In this document: piece after piece, positions 26,913 through 32,000 of the stretch
How positions within the stretch are numbered: position 1 is the first letter of the stretch
How the letters are laid out: every line of letters starts with the position of its first letter
Source of the DNA: an archaeon
Lineage (GTDB): Archaea; Iainarchaeota; Iainarchaeia; Iainarchaeales; 1-14-0-10-31-34
Assembly: GCA_024277355.1 (NCBI GenBank)
Contig: JAJRVL010000004.1
Span: 180,001 to 212,000, forward strand
Length of the DNA: 32,000 nt
Reading direction: 5' to 3'
Position numbers and translations under genes: made by a program
Notes under the pieces: generated by a model
What the model was told of the DNA's origin: nothing
What the model saw: only the letters and a program-made list of their open reading frames with translations
Databases searched by the model: none

Positions 26913-28919
26913 ATGGAACTAGTTTTTTATTCTATTATTGCAGGAATAATTGCATTGCTTTATACTGTAATATTAAACAACAAAATTAATTCTCATGGAG
27001 TCGGAAACGACAAAATGAAAGAAATAAGTTTAGCAATAAGAGAAGGAGCAATGGCTTTTCTTAAAAGAGAATATAAAAGTTTAGCATTTTTTATTGCAAT
27101 TGTATTTATTATATTAACAATTTTAAGCCAGGTTTATCCTCAGGCAATGAACTTTTTTGTAGGAGTATCTTTTATTGTTGGTGCTTTATGTTCAGCTTTA
27201 GCCGGATGGTTAGGCATGAGTACAGCAACAAACTCTAATGTTAGAACTACTCAGGCAGCAACAACTTCAATGAGTGAAGCATTAAAAATTGCTTTTTCTT
27301 CAGGAGCCGTAATGGGTTTAAGTGTAGTAGGATTAGGAATTTTAGGAATAAGTGTATTATATTACATTTACTCTGGAATAATGAATTTTCCAAATCCAAC
27401 TGTTTTATTATTTGGATTTAGTTTTGGTGCTTCAAGCATTGCATTATTTGCAAGAGTTGGAGGCGGAATTTACACTAAAGCTGCAGATGTAGGAGCAGAT
27501 TTAGTTGGAAAAGTTGAAGCAGGAATTCCAGAAGACGATCCAAGAAATCCAGCAGTAATAGCAGACAATGTAGGAGACAATGTAGGAGATGTTGCCGGAA
27601 TGGGAGCAGACTTATTTGAAAGTTATGTTGGAAGTATTATTGCTTCAATGGCTTTAGGTTTAATTGCATTTGAAGTAATTGGAATGGAATTTCCTTTAGT
27701 TTTAGCAGCAGCAGGAATACTTGCTTCAATTATTGGAATAGTTTATGTTAATTTAATGAGCACAGGTTCAGGAGTTCATTCAGCTTTAAGAAACGGAACT
27801 CTTGTTGCAGCAGGAATAATGACTGTTTTTGCTTTTTTGTTAACAAACTATTTTGGGTTGCCAATTGAAATATTTTATTCAATGATAATTGGATTAATTG
27901 TAGGGTTATTAATTGGTTTTTTAACTGAATATTACACTGCACATGAACACAAACCAACACAAAAAGTAAGCCAGTCATCTGAAACAGGAGCAGCAACAAA
28001 TATTATTGCAGGATTATCTTTAGGTTATGTTTCAACTGCCTTGCCTGTATTAGTTTTAGTAATAGGAATATATTTTGCTTATGCTTTTGGAGGCTTATAT
28101 GGAATTGGAATTGCCGCAGTTGGAATGCTTTCAACTTTAGGAATAACTTTAGCTGTAGATGCATATGGCCCAGTAGCAGACAACGCAGGTGGAATAGCAG
28201 AAATGGCAGGTTTAGATAAAAAAGTAAGAGAAGTAACTGATTCATTAGATGCAGCAGGAAACACAACTGCAGCAATAGGAAAAGGATTTGCAATTGGTTC
28301 AGCTGCATTAACTGCTTTAGCTTTTTTTGCAACTTTTAGCCAGACAGCAGATTTAACTGTAATAAACATTTTAGATACAAATGTAATGGTTGGATTATTG
28401 CTTGGAGCAATGCTTCCGTTTTTGTTTAGTTCTTTTGCAATGACTGCAGTAGGAGAAGCAGCAGAAGCAATGATAGCAGAAGTAAGAAGACAATTCAAAG
28501 AAATAAAAGGATTAATGGAAGGAAAAGCAAAACCAGACTATAAAAGATGCGTTGAAATTTCAACTGATGCAGCATTAAAAAAAATGGTTATGCCTGGCTT
28601 ACTAGCTATTTTATCACCTATTGTTGTTGGCTTAATTTTAGGGCCAGAAGGATTAGGCGGATTATTAGCTGGCGCATTAGTGTCAGGAGTAATGATGGCA
28701 ATAATGATGGCTAATGCAGGCGGAGCATGGGATAACGCAAAAAAATACATTGAATTAGGACATCATGGAGGTAAAGGTTCTCCTGCACATAAAGCAGCAG
28801 TAACAGGAGACACAGTAGGAGACCCATTTAAAGATACAGCAGGACCTTCATTAAACATTCTAATAAAATTAATGAGCATTACAGCATTAATTTTTGCTTC
28901 AATTTTAGTGGTTTTATAA
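26913..28919 (+). CDS. hppA: Membrane-bound ion-translocating pyrophosphatase
   Basis: [56 protein letters not shown]; GGIAEMAGL; [23 protein letters not shown]. Start refined to Met 26913, just downstream of GGAG. Confidence 0.96.
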   Translation: MELVFYSIIAGIIALLYTVILNNKINSHGVGNDKMKEISLAIREGAMAFLKREYKSLAFFIAIVFIILTILSQVYPQAMNFFVGVSFIVGALCSALAGWLGMSTATNSNVRTTQAATTSMSEALKIAFSSGAVMGLSVVGLGILGISVLYYIYSGIMNFPNPTVLLFGFSFGASSIALFARVGGGIYTKAADVGADLVGKVEAGIPEDDPRNPAVIADNVGDNVGDVAGMGADLFESYVGSIIASMALGLIAFEVIGMEFPLVLAAAGILASIIGIVYVNLMSTGSGVHSALRNGTLVAAGIMTVFAFLLTNYFGLPIEIFYSMIIGLIVGLLIGFLTEYYTAHEHKPTQKVSQSSETGAATNIIAGLSLGYVSTALPVLVLVIGIYFAYAFGGLYGIGIAAVGMLSTLGITLAVDAYGPVADNAGGIAEMAGLDKKVREVTDSLDAAGNTTAAIGKGFAIGSAALTALAFFATFSQTADLTVINILDTNVMVGLLLGAMLPFLFSSFAMTAVGEAAEAMIAEVRRQFKEIKGLMEGKAKPDYKRCVEISTDAALKKMVMPGLLAILSPIVVGLILGPEGLGGLLAGALVSGVMMAIMMANAGGAWDNAKKYIELGHHGGKGSPAHKAAVTGDTVGDPFKDTAGPSLNILIKLMSITALIFASILVVL

Positions 28920-28949
28920 ACCACTAATTTTCTTTTTTTTCTAATTTTA

Positions 28950-29132
28950 TTATTTATTTTTATTTCTTTTTTTACGGGATAATAAAGCAGAATCAATTTT
29001 AACGCCCTTGTGCATTAATTCAGTAATAAGTGAATTAGACAAAGGTTTTTTTTGATGAAATAAAGTTGAATTATGAAGTTTTCCTGAATTATTTTTAGGA
29101 TTAATAATTTTTTTTCGGTTTAATCTGGGCAT
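28950..29132 (-). CDS. Small basic hypothetical protein
   Basis: 60-aa ORF with a K/R-rich C-terminus ([11 protein letters not shown]) in a run of similar small genes on the minus strand. Confidence 0.45.
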   Translation of the reverse strand: MPRLNRKKIINPKNNSGKLHNSTLFHQKKPLSNSLITELMHKGVKIDSALLSRKKRNKNK

Positions 29133-29136
29133 AAAA

Positions 29137-29532
29137 TCACTTTTTCCTTCTTTCTTTTTTTACTGCAGTTTTTCTTCTGTCAGTTTTAATCTGAACATGA
29201 TTAACAGCAGCATAAGATTTAATTTTTTTTTCATTACTTTTAGTTTTTATTTTTCCTACTGCTTCAGGGAAACCATATCTTATTTTTTCACTTAATTTAT
29301 TTTTAGTTATTTGTCTTTTGTTTTGATAACCTAAATCTTTGTAATGTCTGGTTTTTAATTCTTGTTTTGTTCCATTAACTTCAACAATTCGTCTTTTTTC
29401 TTGTGCAACAAAAGAGCTTGTTCTTCTGTCAGCTAAACCGGTTCTTCTGTCTTGTCCTATTCTTCTGTCTAAACCAAGAAATCTTCCTGTTTTAGTTTTT
29501 CTTAATTTGTTAATTAATTTTTTAACTGGCAT
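29137..29532 (-). CDS. Small basic hypothetical protein with DRR repeats
   Basis: 131-aa ORF with LDRRIGQDRRTGLADRRTSS and C-terminal VQIKTDRRKTAVKKERRKK. SD-like GTGAT upstream. Confidence 0.65.
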   Translation of the reverse strand: MPVKKLINKLRKTKTGRFLGLDRRIGQDRRTGLADRRTSSFVAQEKRRIVEVNGTKQELKTRHYKDLGYQNKRQITKNKLSEKIRYGFPEAVGKIKTKSNEKKIKSYAAVNHVQIKTDRRKTAVKKERRKK

Positions 29533-29578
29533 TAAATCACAAATAAAATACAGAAATAGAAGTTAATAAAGTTAAGCT

Positions 29579-29938
29579 TTATTTTTTTCTTCTGTTTTTT
29601 TTAACAGAAGTATTTCTTCTGTCAATTGAAACATTAACATCAGATTTCATTAAAGCTGAACTGTCTTTAAAATTAACTACAGTAGTTTGTTTGTGTTCTT
29701 CAGTTTTAATTAATTTAGGTTTATTTGATTTATCATAAAATTTTCTTTTTTTATGAGAACTTAAATCAGTATAATCTAAAGTAATATCTCCTGTTTTAGT
29801 TTTATTTAAAATTTTTTTAGCAGGAAAAAGATTTTTTCTTCTTTCTTCAGGATTAGTTCTTTCAACAAAAAGTTTTGTGTTTTTTCTTCTGTTGAATTTT
29901 TTGAATTTTCTTCTAATCCAATTAAATAGTTTAGGCAT
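29579..29938 (-). CDS. Small basic hypothetical protein sharing the C-terminal tag with 29137-29532
   Basis: From internal Met: MPKLFNWIRRKFKKFNRRKNTKLF...VNVSIDRRNTSVKKNRRKK. The track start at 30010 adds a hydrophobic leader encoded in the intergenic stretch and is less likely. Confidence 0.6.
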   Translation of the reverse strand: MPKLFNWIRRKFKKFNRRKNTKLFVERTNPEERRKNLFPAKKILNKTKTGDITLDYTDLSSHKKRKFYDKSNKPKLIKTEEHKQTTVVNFKDSSALMKSDVNVSIDRRNTSVKKNRRKK

Positions 29939-30006
29939 AATAAAAAAATATAAAGGATTTAAATTAATAAAACTTTGTAAAAAAAATAGAAAGTGAAGGA
30001 AATCCT

Positions 30007-30183
30007 TCACAAGTCATAAGGTTTTAAGGTTTTTCTTCCATTGTCTGAGCATCTTTTGATTGCTGAATCAATGTTTGCCATAACACTGGCACTTAATGCA
30101 TCATAAGTATCAGAACCCATCTGCATATTTTTTGATTTAACATAATCTCCGACTTTACTTCTAACAACTAACATATCTGACAT
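30007..30183 (-). CDS. Single-domain histone-fold protein (58 aa), DUF1931 / bacterial-histone-like, not in the ORF track
   Basis: Manual reverse translation MSDMLVVRSKVGDYVKSKNMQMGSDTYDALSASVMANIDSAIKRCSDNGRKTLKPYDL*. VVxSKVxxxVK...DxxxALSxxVxxxIxxAIxRxxxNGRKTxxxxDL is the histone-fold pattern. GGGGGT sits upstream of ATG. Confidence 0.85.
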   Translation of the reverse strand: MSDMLVVRSKVGDYVKSKNMQMGSDTYDALSASVMANIDSAIKRCSDNGRKTLKPYDL

Positions 30184-30339
30184 AATTTTTTACCCCCAAA
30201 AATCATTAAAAAAGCATTATTTTAGTGCTTTTCTAAATTACATAAACAAAAAAGGTATTTAAATCTAATAGTCAAAAACAGCTAAAAACAGGGAAAAACA
30301 AGGAAAAAACCGTGAATTTCAGGGAATTAAAAGAAAAAC

Positions 30340-30371
30340 AACAAACACGCTTATGTATAAGTTAGTCGTGT
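30340..30371 (-). terminator. Possible stem-loop/T-rich terminator of pyrD
   Basis: On the minus strand, ACACG...CGTGT brackets ACTAACTTATACATAAG immediately after the pyrD coding end, followed by a T-rich tract (TTTGTTGTTTTTC). Confidence 0.4.
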
Positions 30372-31279
30372 GCTTTTCCAATTATTTCATTTAATTTTGA
30401 AACATTATTTTGATTCATCCAGTCTTCAATTTCTTTTGTAATTTCATTAAAACAGGTTTTTCCTCTTGCATAAAGAACTGTTCCAATTCCTACAGCTGAA
30501 GCTCCAGCCATTATTAATTCAACTGCATCTTCTCCATTTGATATTCCGCCCATTCCTAAAATTGGAATTTCAATTTCTTTGTAAATGTCATAAACACATC
30601 TGACTGCAATTGGTTTTATTGCTGCTCCAGTGTATCCTCCTTTCTTAAAAGATAAAACTGGTTTTTTTGTTTTTAAATTTATTTTCATTCCAGGGCCAAC
30701 AGAATTAATTGCAGTTATTGCATTGGCTCCTGCTTCCTCGCAGGCTTTAGCTATTTTTCCTATGTCATTTGCCTGAGGAGTTAATTTTGGAAGAACAGGA
30801 ATTTTTCCAACAACATTTTTTACTTTTTCAGTTATTTCGCCTGCAATTTTTGAATCACAACTAAAAAGCATTCCAAAATTATCTACATTAGGACAGCTTA
30901 TATTTAATTCAATGAATTCAGGTTTTTTTCCTGCAATAAATTCTGCTACTTCAATAAATTCTTTTGTATTAGTTCCATAAATGCTTGCAATTAAAGGAAA
31001 ATTTCTTTTATTCATGTTTTCCCAGAAGTCTTCCATATTTTTATGTCCTGGAGTTGGCAGTCCAACTGCATTAAGTGTTCCGTGTTCTAATTTAACTATA
31101 AAAGGAAAAGGATGAGATTTTCTTTCTTTTGGACCAATGCTTTTCAAAGTTATTGCTCCTGCACCTGAATCATAAATTTCCTGCATTTCTTTATATTTGT
31201 CTCCATAAAAACCTGAAGGCAGCACAGTTGGATTACGAAAATCAAAAACTTTGTTTTTTACTCTTAAATCTGGTTTCAT
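30362..31279 (-). CDS. pyrD: Dihydroorotate dehydrogenase
   Basis: NPTVLPSGFYG, AGAITLKSIGPKER, GLPTPGHKNM, FIELNISCPNV, PVLPKLTPQ, NSVGPGMKINLKTKKPVLSFKKGGYTGAAIKPIAVRCVYDI, ILGMGGISNGEDAVELIMAGASAVGIGT. Confidence 0.9.
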   Translation of the reverse strand: MKPDLRVKNKVFDFRNPTVLPSGFYGDKYKEMQEIYDSGAGAITLKSIGPKERKSHPFPFIVKLEHGTLNAVGLPTPGHKNMEDFWENMNKRNFPLIASIYGTNTKEFIEVAEFIAGKKPEFIELNISCPNVDNFGMLFSCDSKIAGEITEKVKNVVGKIPVLPKLTPQANDIGKIAKACEEAGANAITAINSVGPGMKINLKTKKPVLSFKKGGYTGAAIKPIAVRCVYDIYKEIEIPILGMGGISNGEDAVELIMAGASAVGIGTVLYARGKTCFNEITKEIEDWMNQNNVSKLNEIIGKAHD

Positions 31280-31321
31280 CTAACTAAATTAAATGCAGTA
31301 ATATTTTTATTTTGATTGAAG

Positions 31322-32000
31322 TTAAAGAAAATTTTCAACACATTTACCCATTCTTTCAAGTGATTCAAGAAAAATCTGTTCCTGCAAAGTAAAATTCATT
31401 CTGAAATATCCTTTTACCTGAAAACTTTGATTACTTGGCAGAACTGAAACACTGTATTTTTTGAGCAGTGTTCTGCAAAATTTACTGCTGTCTTTTGAAA
31501 ATTTTATTTTAGGAAAACACACAGCTCCTGCTTCAGGAACAACATAATCAAAATAATTTGAATTGCTTTCCATAAATTCATTTAAACAATTAATGTTGAA
31601 TTCAGTTCTGTTAATTATTTCAGGAAGAATTTTATTTTTGTTTTTTAATACTTTTAAAGCAAAAAAATCACTTAAAGAAGGTGTAACGTGAGTTAAATAA
31701 TCCTTATAATTCCTGCATTCAATTAACTCTTTTTTATTTCCAATAAGCCAGCCAACTCTTAAACCCATTACTCCAAAACATTTCACAATTGAACCTGTGG
31801 CAAAAACTTTTTCATAACCTGAATTTAAGTCATAACCTGAAACAATATTCTTTCCTTTAAATGAAAGAAAACGATAGTGCTCGTCAAATAAAACAAAACA
31901 ATCATTTTCTTCTGCAATTCTAATTATTTCTTTTAACTGGACTTCAGGAATAATCTTCCCTGTAGGGTTGTGAGGCGAATTAATTACAATTAATTTTGTT
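31322..32000 (-). CDS. Class I/II pyridoxal-phosphate aminotransferase, 5'-truncated by the window edge
   Basis: The frame stays open upstream of the track start: TKLIVINSPHNPTGKIIPEVQLKEIIRIAEENDCFVLFDEHYRFLSF...VFATGSIVKCFGVMGLRVGWLIG. NPTG, D-E-x-Y and the K...GLRxGW context are all present. Confidence 0.88.
   Translation of the reverse strand, partial: TKLIVINSPHNPTGKIIPEVQLKEIIRIAEENDCFVLFDEHYRFLSFKGKNIVSGYDLNSGYEKVFATGSIVKCFGVMGLRVGWLIGNKKELIECRNYKDYLTHVTPSLSDFFALKVLKNKNKILPEIINRTEFNINCLNEFMESNSNYFDYVVPEAGAVCFPKIKFSKDSSKFCRTLLKKYSVSVLPSNQSFQVKGYFRMNFTLQEQIFLESLERMGKCVENFL

Noticed and set aside
27748-28996. Several minus-strand ORFs overlapping hppA (27748-27999, 28003-28332, 28079-28498, 28538-28750, 28763-28996)
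   Set aside because: They are antisense to a well-conserved pyrophosphatase gene, with low-complexity Leu/Gln-rich or composition-derived translations.
31322-31786. Track start of the aminotransferase at 31786
   Set aside because: The frame remains open to the window edge and encodes conserved NPTG and D-E-x-Y motifs upstream. The GTG at 31786 is internal, next to the catalytic Lys.
1-32000. CRISPR array, transposase, toxin-antitoxin or prophage signatures
   Set aside because: No regularly spaced direct repeats, cas genes, recombinases, transposases or phage structural genes were recognised in any of the translated ORFs.

Overview
A 32 kb, strongly AT-rich window that looks like an archaeal genome of a DPANN-like lineage. 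The evidence is Sec61-beta, Alba, an archaeal tRNA-splicing endonuclease, an archaeal-type TrpRS, a HerA-like ATPase and GTGAT Shine-Dalgarno motifs. Lineage assignment is inference. The supported content is two tRNAs (Leu-UAG, Val-CAC), a type II pantothenate kinase, pdxS/pdxT, a PolB-exonuclease-like protein, a P-type cation ATPase, a multi-domain thiol-disulfide lipoprotein, ValRS, TrpRS, EndA, a membrane pyrophosphatase, PyrD and a partial aminotransferase. No CRISPR array or transposon was seen. The most notable observations are: (1) pdxS is interrupted by one in-frame TAA with no frameshift and no missing residues; (2) a 58-aa single-domain histone-fold protein and a 57-aa Sec61-beta are absent from the supplied ORF track; (3) three tandem paralogs, plus a fourth distant ORF, look like divergent kinase-fold proteins; (4) a compact multi-helix RNA-like element lies at about 25.98-26.13 kb; (5) a hairpin-dense 350-bp convergent intergenic region lies at 8.23-8.58 kb; (6) a double palindromic operator sits directly upstream of a winged-helix regulator; (7) a GATase-like membrane protein pair flanks a lipoprotein; (8) small basic proteins share an RR-rich C-terminal tag; (9) a palindromic AT-rich element is dispersed in the window.
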